A stretch of 64,000 nucleotides of DNA, taken from positions 14,544 through 78,543 of the forward strand of contig JAAYOU010000001.1 in NCBI GenBank assembly GCA_012520175.1, in the 5' to 3' direction. The translations under genes were made by a program, and so were the position numbers. The notes beneath the pieces were generated by a model. It saw only the letters and a program-made list of their open reading frames with translations. It searched no databases and had not been told where the DNA came from. Position 1 is the first letter of the stretch; the number at the start of each line of letters is the position of its first letter. Below, one piece after another: positions 39,282 through 46,677 of this stretch. This stretch comes from Bacteroidales bacterium (lineage in GTDB: Bacteria > Bacteroidota > Bacteroidia > Bacteroidales > DTU049).

Positions 39282-40331
39282 ATGAATATTGACGAGAAAT
39301 ATATAAAAAGATGTATTGAATTGAGCAAACACGGCTACGGACATGTAGAGCCCAATCCTTACGTTGGTGCTGTAATTGTAAATGACAATAAAATTATAGG
39401 CGAAGGATTTCACATAAAATATGGAGGTCCACATGCCGAAGTAAATGCAATAAATTCTGTTAAAGACAAAGAAATTCTGAAAAGCAGCACCATTTATGTA
39501 AATCTAGAGCCTTGTTCACATCAAGGGAAAACACCGCCATGCGCAAATCTAATTATTGAAAGCGGTATTAAAAAAGTTGTTATATCAATGCTCGACCCAA
39601 ACAAGCTGGTTTCAGGCAATGGTGTTTCAATGCTAAAAAATGCAGGCGTTGACGTGAAAACCGGCGTATTAGAAAATGAGTCAAAATGGCTCAACAGGCG
39701 ATTTATAACATTTCACTCAAAGCAAAGACCTTATATTATTTTAAAATGGGCTAAAACAATTGATGGATTTATAGATATAGACCGCAGAAACAATAGCACT
39801 GAAGACAACTGGATTACAGGAAATGAGCTTAAAATGCTGACTCATCGTTGGCGTAGGCAAGAGCAAGGTATTCTTATTGGGCATAATACTTTAATTAATG
39901 ACAATCCAAAATTAAATGTAAGAGAATGGGTCGGAAAAGATCCTGTAAAAATTTTAATTACCAAAGAAATACCTAATGAAGAAAAATTCAACATATTTAA
40001 AAGTGGCAATAAAACTATAGTTTTCAATCAACATAAAAGCTTTGAAAGCAATTCTGCTGAATACATTAAAGTAGACTTTGACGAAAACATGGTGGAATCT
40101 ATATTAAACGAACTATACAAAAAGAATTTGATAAGCATAATTGTTGAAGGCGGCAAAAAAACTCTTGAAATGTTTATTAAAAAAGGCTTTTGGGACGAAG
40201 CCCGCATACTCACAGGGAACAAGCGTTTTATCCGCGGACTTGATAGTCCTAAATTAGAAAACGAAACGAAAATTTATGAGCAAAAAATAAATAATGACAT
40301 TTTACAAATTTTTAAAAATAAATATCTTTGA
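39282..40331 (+). CDS. ribD: Bifunctional riboflavin biosynthesis deaminase/reductase
   Basis: CMP/dCMP deaminase zinc motif HAEVNA...LEPCSHQGKTPPC, and a C-terminal RibD_C reductase domain. Confidence 0.93.
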   Translation: MNIDEKYIKRCIELSKHGYGHVEPNPYVGAVIVNDNKIIGEGFHIKYGGPHAEVNAINSVKDKEILKSSTIYVNLEPCSHQGKTPPCANLIIESGIKKVVISMLDPNKLVSGNGVSMLKNAGVDVKTGVLENESKWLNRRFITFHSKQRPYIILKWAKTIDGFIDIDRRNNSTEDNWITGNELKMLTHRWRRQEQGILIGHNTLINDNPKLNVREWVGKDPVKILITKEIPNEEKFNIFKSGNKTIVFNQHKSFESNSAEYIKVDFDENMVESILNELYKKNLISIIVEGGKKTLEMFIKKGFWDEARILTGNKRFIRGLDSPKLENETKIYEQKINNDILQIFKNKYL

Positions 40332-40389
40332 CACAAATTAAAATTCAAAATATTCTCATATTCTAAAAAATAATTTCAATCGCAAAAAA

Positions 40390-41004
40390 ATGACTGATGT
40401 TTTTTTCACAATAAAAAAAATAGGAAAATCGCTATACAAGGACAAAAACAGCAAGTTCATAGGATTGGTCTATCCCGTTGAAACAGAAGAGGAAATAAAA
40501 GAAATACAAGCCTCTTTAAAAAAAGAATATTTTGATGCACGCCACCAATGCTTTGCGTATATACTTGGCTTTGACAAAGAAATTTACAGGTCAAATGATG
40601 ACGGCGAACCGTCTGGCAGCGCAGGCAAACCAATTTACAATCAACTTTTATCTGCTAATATCACAAATGCCTTAGCTGTTGTAATCAGATATTTTGGAGG
40701 CGTAAAACTAGGAGTCCCCGGATTGATAAACGCTTATAAAGTTGCAACAAAAGAAGCCATCGAAGATGCAGAAGTTATAAAAAACTTTATCGCTCAAAAA
40801 ATTACAATTTCTTTCCCTTATTCAAGCATAAACAACGCAATGCAAATAACGCAAAACGAAAATGTAAGAATAATTGACCGCTCTTTCAGCAATGATTGTC
40901 AAATGGAAATCGCTGTAAAAGAATCCGCCATTGAAATAATAAAATCAAAGCTTACAAATGTAAATTTAGATTTTGAGGTTGATGATAAAAGAATTGTTTT
41001 CTAA
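40390..41004 (+). CDS. YigZ / IMPACT-family (UPF0029) protein
   Basis: KNSKFIGLVYPV, ARHQCFAY, DDGEPSGSAGKPI and VVIRYFGGVKLG are typical of YigZ. Confidence 0.85.
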   Translation: MTDVFFTIKKIGKSLYKDKNSKFIGLVYPVETEEEIKEIQASLKKEYFDARHQCFAYILGFDKEIYRSNDDGEPSGSAGKPIYNQLLSANITNALAVVIRYFGGVKLGVPGLINAYKVATKEAIEDAEVIKNFIAQKITISFPYSSINNAMQITQNENVRIIDRSFSNDCQMEIAVKESAIEIIKSKLTNVNLDFEVDDKRIVF

Positions 41005-41142
41005 AAAGATTGTGTTACAAATAAAAATAGTTGTTATGCAGTTATTAAACGGATAAAAAATCCATTTGTTTTTTGTAATTTTGTTATTAAAGAAAACACA
41101 AAACACCTAAATAAAACAATACAATAAATACAAATATTTAAA

Positions 41143-41421
41143 ATGAAAAAAGAATATATTGCGGAACTTTTCAAGCAATTTGAAGATGCTTGTTATGATT
41201 ATGAGGGAGTAGAATGTTGGAGTGCAAGAGAGCTACAAGGCATTCTTGGATATTCTCAATGGAGAAATTTTAAAAACGTAATTGATAAAGCTCAAAAATC
41301 ATGTAAACAAGCAGGTGAAGACACTAAAAACCATTTTGCTGAATTCAGCAAGATGGTCGAAATTGGGAGCGGTGCGCAAAAACGCAATATAAACTCTCGC
41401 CTTTTGGGAAGAAATACATAA
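41143..41421 (+). pseudogene. Truncated DinD-like (DNA damage-inducible protein D) N-terminal fragment
   Basis: ECWSARELQGILGYSQWRNFKNVIDKAQKSCKQAG...HFAEFSKMVEIGSGAQKR parallels the first ~90 residues of E. coli DinD (from memory). Full-length DinD is about 3 times longer. This ORF ends after unrelated residues. Confidence 0.55.
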
Positions 41422-41430
41422 TTTAGATTT

Positions 41431-41456
41431 TAATCCCCCCGAATTCGAGGGGATTA
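41431..41456. terminator. Strong hairpin after the DinD fragment
   Basis: taatcccc / ggggatta stem enclosing the self-complementary cgaattcg. Followed by aaaaa, not a T-run, so terminator function on the plus strand is uncertain. Confidence 0.4.
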
Positions 41457-41539
41457 AAAATGCTGTAAATCTTAATCGCTTTAATTAACTGTAAACAAAT
41501 ATTAATCAATTTCTCAAATAGAGATTTTATCTTTGCACA

Positions 41540-42145
41540 ATGAAACAAAAATTGCCAAAAACATTTTATTTAGAAAAAGATGTTGTAAAAGTTGCTCAGG
41601 AGCTACTTGGCAAGGTATTAGTTACAAAAAATGGAGGCATAACAAGCTCTGGAATAATCACTGAAACCGAAGCGTATGCTGGAGAAACAGATAAGGCTTC
41701 TCATGCTTATGGCGGTCGCCGCACAAAACGAACAGAAACTATGTACCAAATTGGCGGCACTATCTACGTTTACCTTTGCTATGGAATGCACGCACTTTTT
41801 AATGTAGTTACAAATGAAAAAGAAATTCCACACGCCGTTTTAATTAGAGCCATAAAACCTTTGGAAGGAATAGAAGCAATTAAAAAAAGATTATCCAATC
41901 GAAAAATGAAATTTGATTGCGAAAATTGCGAAGGACCTTCAAAAGTAACTATCGCACTTGGAATAACGCTTGAACACAACAACTCTAATCTCCAATCAGA
42001 AAGTATTTTCATAGAAGATATTGGGATAAAAATTCCGAAAGGAAAAATAATAAAAAGCAAACGCATAGGAGTAGATTATGCAGGAGCAGACGCCCTTTTG
42101 CCATATCGCTTTCAAATAGACACAAATACTTTAAAAGAAATTTAA
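41540..42145 (+). CDS. DNA-3-methyladenine glycosylase (Mpg/AAG family)
   Basis: LAQELLGKVLV, ITETEAYAG..D.ASHAY.GRRT.R and MHALFNVVT are typical of the AAG family. A TATCTTTG -7 box lies just upstream. Confidence 0.88.
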   Translation: MKQKLPKTFYLEKDVVKVAQELLGKVLVTKNGGITSSGIITETEAYAGETDKASHAYGGRRTKRTETMYQIGGTIYVYLCYGMHALFNVVTNEKEIPHAVLIRAIKPLEGIEAIKKRLSNRKMKFDCENCEGPSKVTIALGITLEHNNSNLQSESIFIEDIGIKIPKGKIIKSKRIGVDYAGADALLPYRFQIDTNTLKEI

Positions 42146-42161
42146 AAAAACCGCTAATTAT

Positions 42162-43343
42162 ATGAACACAGAAGTAACTGCACGCATCATTTTGAGAACT
42201 GGAAAAATAGAATCCATCAACCGTTTTCACCCATGGGTGTTTTCGGGAGCAGTAAAGCGAATTGAAGGAACTCCTGAAAATGGCGATTTAGTTGAACTTT
42301 ATGACAATCACGACCATTTTTTAGCACTTGGACATTACAACGAAGGTAGCATTATTGCTAGAATTTTAAGCTTTGAAAAAACTCAAATTAATGAAGATTT
42401 TTTTAAAGCTAAATTCGAAAAAGCATGGAATTACAGAAAAAATTTAGGATTACTCAACGAAAGCAACAATGTTTTTCGGCTAATACACGGCGAAGCAGAT
42501 GAATTACCTGGACTAATTATTGATTTTTACAATGGAGCAGTGGTGTTAGAATTTCATTCTAAAGGAATGGAGCTACTTTCTCAAATCATTGCAAAAGCAT
42601 TAAGCGAAACTTGCGATTCCCAAATAAAAACAATTGTTTCTAAAAGCAAAAATACCAAAGAAGATAAAGCGAAATTAGAATACGGAAACGCTATTGAAAT
42701 GCCGCATATAATCACAGAATTTGGAAATAAATTTTACGTAAACTGGGACGATGGGCAAAAAACAGGCTTCTTCATAGACCAAAGAGACAATAGACAGCTA
42801 TTAAAGATGTATTCGGAAAACAAAAATGTCCTAAACATGTTTGGATACACCGGTGGATTTTCCGTATATGCTCTTGCAGGCAAAGCTAAGCAAGTAACTA
42901 CTGTTGATAGCTCCGAAAAAGCAATAGAATTATGCAGAAAAAACATAGAGCTAAATAATTTCGATTCAACGCAAAACCATTGTATAGCAGAAGATGCTCT
43001 GGATTTTTTAAAAAATATGCCAAATGACAAGTATGACATTATTGTTTTAGACCCGCCAGCCTACGCAAAACGCTCAGATGCAAGGCATAATGCTATTCAA
43101 GGATACAAAAGGCTAAACGCAGAAGCTCTTTGCAAAATCAATAAAAATGGCTTGCTGTTTACATATAGCTGCTCTCAAGTTGTTGAGCAAAATCATTTTT
43201 TAGGAGCCGTTACTGCGGCTGCAATATCAGCAAAACGAAGAATAAAAATCATTAAACAACTTACGCAAGCATCTTGCCATGCCCACTCAATTTTCCACCC
43301 AGAAGGATTTTATTTAAAAGGACTAATGCTGTTTGTAGAGTAA
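42162..43343 (+). CDS. rlmI: SAM-dependent 23S rRNA (cytosine-C5) methyltransferase RlmI-like
   Basis: An N-terminal PUA-like region (HPWVFSGAV), QKTGFFIDQRDNR and LDPPAYAK motifs, and a 393-aa length. Confidence 0.85.
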   Translation: MNTEVTARIILRTGKIESINRFHPWVFSGAVKRIEGTPENGDLVELYDNHDHFLALGHYNEGSIIARILSFEKTQINEDFFKAKFEKAWNYRKNLGLLNESNNVFRLIHGEADELPGLIIDFYNGAVVLEFHSKGMELLSQIIAKALSETCDSQIKTIVSKSKNTKEDKAKLEYGNAIEMPHIITEFGNKFYVNWDDGQKTGFFIDQRDNRQLLKMYSENKNVLNMFGYTGGFSVYALAGKAKQVTTVDSSEKAIELCRKNIELNNFDSTQNHCIAEDALDFLKNMPNDKYDIIVLDPPAYAKRSDARHNAIQGYKRLNAEALCKINKNGLLFTYSCSQVVEQNHFLGAVTAAAISAKRRIKIIKQLTQASCHAHSIFHPEGFYLKGLMLFVE

Positions 43344-43444
43344 AAAGATTTGAAAACTTGATCCAAAAAATCACACAACAGATTAACACAAATTTGATTA
43401 ATACATTTCTGTTAATTTTTTAGGTTTAATACAATCTTAATAGG

Positions 43445-44467
43445 TCATTCATTAAAATTCATTTGTGCACGAATTTGAGCAATTTCTTGTATTAACTCTT
43501 CTTCAGTAGGGATGTAAAGTTTATATTTTGTGGCAAATAATTTTTGACTATCATTTAAAATAGAGAAACGAACCTCTGCTTTATCTTTTTCTTCGCACAA
43601 TATAATTCCTATTGTAGGATTATCTCCTTCTGTTCGTTTCAATTCATCATACATCCGTACATACATATCCATTTGCCCAATATCTTGATGTGTAAGTTTT
43701 CCTATTTTCAAATCAACCAAAACAAAGCATTTCAAAATGTAATTATAAAAAACCAAATCAATATAATAATGCGAAAGTTCTGTATTTATACGTTGTTGTC
43801 GTGCAACAAATGAAAATCCTTTTCCAAGTTCCAACAAAAATTTTTGCAAATTATCTATAATTGCTTGTTCAATCTGACTTTCATTATGTTTTTGATTTTC
43901 CTTCAAATCATAAAAATCCAACACAAGAGGATCTTTTAAGATAAAATCTTGCGGATTTAAAGAAAGTTGTTTTGAATTTTTGGAATTCAACTCATTCAAG
44001 CTTTCTTTATGTGTTGAAATAAGCCTTTCATAATAATGTTTATCTACTTGTTCATCTAAAAATCGCGTATTCCAAGCATTATCAGCTGCTTCGTTCATGT
44101 AAAGTTCTCTTGCTTTAGGATTTTCCACTCTGATTAACGAACGATAATGCGTCCAACTCAATTCTTTACGCAATGCGTAAACATTTGGAAATTGCTGATA
44201 AAATTTACGCATATTGGTAAGATTAACATAAGTAAAACCTTTTCCAAATTCTTTTTGCAAACGCTCTGAAACTGACATTAATAGTCTTTTGCCATATTGA
44301 GCATACTGCTCTCCAGCTTGTTCTTCAACGATTTTTCTGCCTATATGCCAATAAGTTTCAACCATTGTAAAATGAGCAGTTTCATAGACTTTTTTACGAG
44401 CATTTAAAATCAATTCTCTTGAGTATTGATACAAATTGCTGTTGTCAATATTTTCAATTTCTAGCAT
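43445..44467 (-). CDS. DUF1016 / YhcG-family PD-(D/E)XK nuclease
   Basis: N-terminal YhcG-like region (ARKKVYETAHFTMVETYWHIGRKIVEEQ; MRKFYQQFP). C-terminal nuclease core IDLVFYN...FVLVDLKIGKL. The track start at 44485 is a TTG. The ATG at 44465-44467 lies 5 nt downstream of the preceding stop. Confidence 0.85.
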   Translation of the reverse strand: MLEIENIDNSNLYQYSRELILNARKKVYETAHFTMVETYWHIGRKIVEEQAGEQYAQYGKRLLMSVSERLQKEFGKGFTYVNLTNMRKFYQQFPNVYALRKELSWTHYRSLIRVENPKARELYMNEAADNAWNTRFLDEQVDKHYYERLISTHKESLNELNSKNSKQLSLNPQDFILKDPLVLDFYDLKENQKHNESQIEQAIIDNLQKFLLELGKGFSFVARQQRINTELSHYYIDLVFYNYILKCFVLVDLKIGKLTHQDIGQMDMYVRMYDELKRTEGDNPTIGIILCEEKDKAEVRFSILNDSQKLFATKYKLYIPTEEELIQEIAQIRAQMNFNE

Positions 44468-44472
44468 TGTAA

Positions 44473-44694
44473 TTAATTTGAACAAAAATCACCTTCTGTT
44501 GTAAATTTATCAAGTTTATCAATAATTTGATCTGCGTTAATGTCAAAACCTATATCCCTAAGAGAATAAATAACATATACTAATTTTCCATATGCCTTCT
44601 CTCCTGACTTTGAAAGTCCTGCATATTCTAAGTACGGTTTTTTAGCTCCAAGTTCTTGTAAAACTTTAAATAAAGCATTACTATCTTCCAACAT
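44473..44694 (-). CDS. 73-aa hypothetical protein, translationally coupled between two nuclease genes
   Basis: Its ATG at 44692-44694 overlaps the upstream stop (ATGTTGGAAGATAG, a 14-nt overlap). Its stop lies 5 nt before the next ATG. No recognisable domain. Confidence 0.55.
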   Translation of the reverse strand: MLEDSNALFKVLQELGAKKPYLEYAGLSKSGEKAYGKLVYVIYSLRDIGFDINADQIIDKLDKFTTEGDFCSN

Positions 44695-45607
44695 AATTTT
44701 TTGCTTTTTCAGTTAATGAATAAAGTCCCCTGCCTGTCCTTCTAAAAAGATGCATATTATCTATGTGCATACTATTATCTTCGTGTTTATTTAATTCACC
44801 TCTAATTGTATTAAAAATAGTACCCATTTTCATTTTTAATTTCTGTTCTTCAACTATTTGAGGAATTTTAACATACAATTCTTTAAGTGAAACTTCGTTT
44901 ATTCCTAATTTATTTTTTTCTAAAATAAACTCAATAATAATTTTTTTTAAAGACGGAACTGTACCTGGCAATCTTAACTCTTCTTCCTTAAGTTCCTTTA
45001 TTTCTTTTTGAATACCTTTGTCAGAAACACTTTCTGCTTTTTCAATTTCTTTTTTTATCCCTCCGTATTTTAAAATGTATTCTCTACTTGGCTTAAAAAC
45101 ACTATCTGTGAACTTGATTTCGTTATAGATTGCTTGTAATTGAGAAAAATACTTTGGTTTGTCTTCTCTAAAAACACTATTTACCTCAAAATTAGAAGTT
45201 AACCCACCTCTTGTCAAATTTGAAGAACCAATTACTGAAGTAAATTTTGTGTTTTTTGAAACAGCAGTTTCAAACAAATAAATCTTAGGATGAAAAATCA
45301 AATCATTATAATTATCTCGTTTGTCTCCAAAACAATAAAAATTAAAATTTTTATAAGAATCTTCTATTCCTCTTAATGCCAATAAAGCTTTTACATCAGT
45401 AGTTTTAAAATCAAGTCCAACAATAATTTCAATTATGGCATTATTCACAGTCATAGCATATTCAAAAGATTTAAAAATTTCATCAATACCTGTTTTTCGT
45501 ATAAAAGCAACAGCTATTTGTACTCGAGTACTTTCTATTAATTCACTTTTTAAAACATCTACAAGCGAATAATTTGTATTAGATAATATTTGAATTTTTT
45601 CTACCAT
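44681..45607 (-). CDS. Single-HKD phospholipase-D-family nuclease (NgoFVII/BfiI/Nuc-like) with a C-terminal HARE-HTH-like winged helix
   Basis: HKD motif IFHPKIYLFE...VIGSSNLTRGGL (H at residue 111 of the track ORF). The C-terminal ~80 aa (KKIIIEFILEKNK...SLKELYVKI...LFRRTGRGLYSL) resemble HARE-HTH. The track start at 45622 is a TTG; I prefer the ATG at 45605-45607. Confidence 0.8.
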   Translation of the reverse strand: MVEKIQILSNTNYSLVDVLKSELIESTRVQIAVAFIRKTGIDEIFKSFEYAMTVNNAIIEIIVGLDFKTTDVKALLALRGIEDSYKNFNFYCFGDKRDNYNDLIFHPKIYLFETAVSKNTKFTSVIGSSNLTRGGLTSNFEVNSVFREDKPKYFSQLQAIYNEIKFTDSVFKPSREYILKYGGIKKEIEKAESVSDKGIQKEIKELKEEELRLPGTVPSLKKIIIEFILEKNKLGINEVSLKELYVKIPQIVEEQKLKMKMGTIFNTIRGELNKHEDNSMHIDNMHLFRRTGRGLYSLTEKAKNYVGR

Positions 45608-45924
45608 AATATTAAACTGCAATAAATTATCTTATATTCAAATCTTTATATTTTTTTCATAAACAAAAAATTTTTTTGGTATGAACTCAAAATAAAACCC
45701 GTTTTCACCATCACATACTTATCCGAACTAACTTTATTATAATTTTTTATGTAGAAAACACCAAGTTATCGCAATATATTCACCAAATGCAGTTGTCATT
45801 CTACTTATAAAATTAAAATTGTCAATTTTTGACAAATTTAAGTAAAAAATTTAGTTTAGTAAAAATTTTTATTGTGTTATATAAACAAACTAACATGACT
45901 GTAGTTGCTTTATAAAAGCCAATA

Positions 45925-46135
45925 ATAATCAGCAAGTTAGAGCAGCGAACAGCCTACATGGTGCAGTGACGTAAAGCATTGATAATCAATAGGTTATGTG
46001 CGGCGGATGCTATGTTTATCTGTCTCGCCCCGCTCGCTTAAAGTGTTGACAATCAAGGAGTTACAGGGTCGCGACCGTTTCACCTGCCTGCTCGCATAAA
46101 ACACTGATAATCAAGAAGCTACAAATATAGGCAAA
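45925..46135. repeat. Intergenic repeat cluster R6a: 3 palindromic units
   Basis: Cores at 45980-88 (gacgtaaagcattgataatcaataggttatg), 46047-55 and 46105-13, with GC-rich spacers (gcggcggatgc, gggtcgcgaccg). Confidence 0.85.
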
Positions 46136-46149
46136 AGTTATTGCTCTCA

Positions 46150-46497
46150 CTTATGTGTACTTCTGCTTTCAGCGAAAGTACTTTTGCTCGGTAATACCGA
46201 AATAAATTTCGCTATTACTCTCGCGTATCAGTACTTTTCTTTTTCATTGCAAAAAGAAAAGATACCAAAAGAAAAGCTATTCGCGGGAGAATTTACCTGC
46301 GCAAACGGCAGCCACCAGCCACAGCCAAAAATAACTCGCTGATAGGAATTTTTATTAAATTATTCCAGCTCAAACAGACTTTTGGCATTCGCCGTTTTTC
46401 TTCGTTAATGTTTTTTTGATTATATTTTTACGAAGAAAAACTTCGCCAACCCTGCCTTGCCGTTTGCTTTTTCAGGTAAATTCTATTGCGAAGTTTG
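46150..46497. other. Highly structured non-coding element: 2 short hairpins plus a ~220-nt nested long hairpin
   Basis: Hairpin gtaataccgaaat-aa-atttcgctattac (46191-46219, 12 of 13 bp paired). Hairpin cttttcttttt-cattgc-aaaaagaaaag (46235-46262). Outer inverted repeat agaatttacctg..gcaaacggca (46288-46310) against tgccgtttgc..caggtaaattct (46459-46483). Inner inverted repeat gtttttcttcgt (46394-46405) against acgaagaaaaac (46430-46441). Confidence 0.6.
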
Positions 46498-46499
46498 GC

Positions 46500-46615
46500 T
46501 ACTACCTGTCGTGTGCTTGTGTCCGCCCGCGTAAGTCGCTGATATACAGACAGTTATGTGCTGCCGCCCGTATAAAATCTTGCCTCAGACGTAAGTAATT
46601 GATAATCAATTTTTA
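46500..46615. repeat. Intergenic repeat cluster R6b: 2 palindromic units
   Basis: gtccgcccgcgtaagtcgctgatatacagacagttatg (core 46540-48) and cagacgtaagtaattgataatcaat (core 46600-08). Confidence 0.8.
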
Positions 46616-46677
46616 TTTCACACATTTTTTAGGGCAGTATTTCTTTAATTATCTAAAACTTATGTTACAAGCTGTGC

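Noticed and set aside
38370-39434. 354-aa version of the prmC ORF overlapping the ribD start
   Set aside because: The first 72 residues are hydrophobic and low-complexity (FIVIYNYSTN..., KIIIIKKIKF) and overlap the divergent ribD promoter and start. The ATG at 39218 gives a normal-length PrmC.
45925-46615. Integron attC sites / CALIN (inverted CGTAAC ... GTTAYG ends resemble the RYYYAAC / GTTRRRY core sites)
   Set aside because: The hairpins are only about 25-30 nt, against 57-141 nt for attC. The core-site match is off by a symmetric mismatch. Several units occur back to back without cassettes between them. No intI is in the window. This could be settled with an attC covariance-model search (IntegronFinder).
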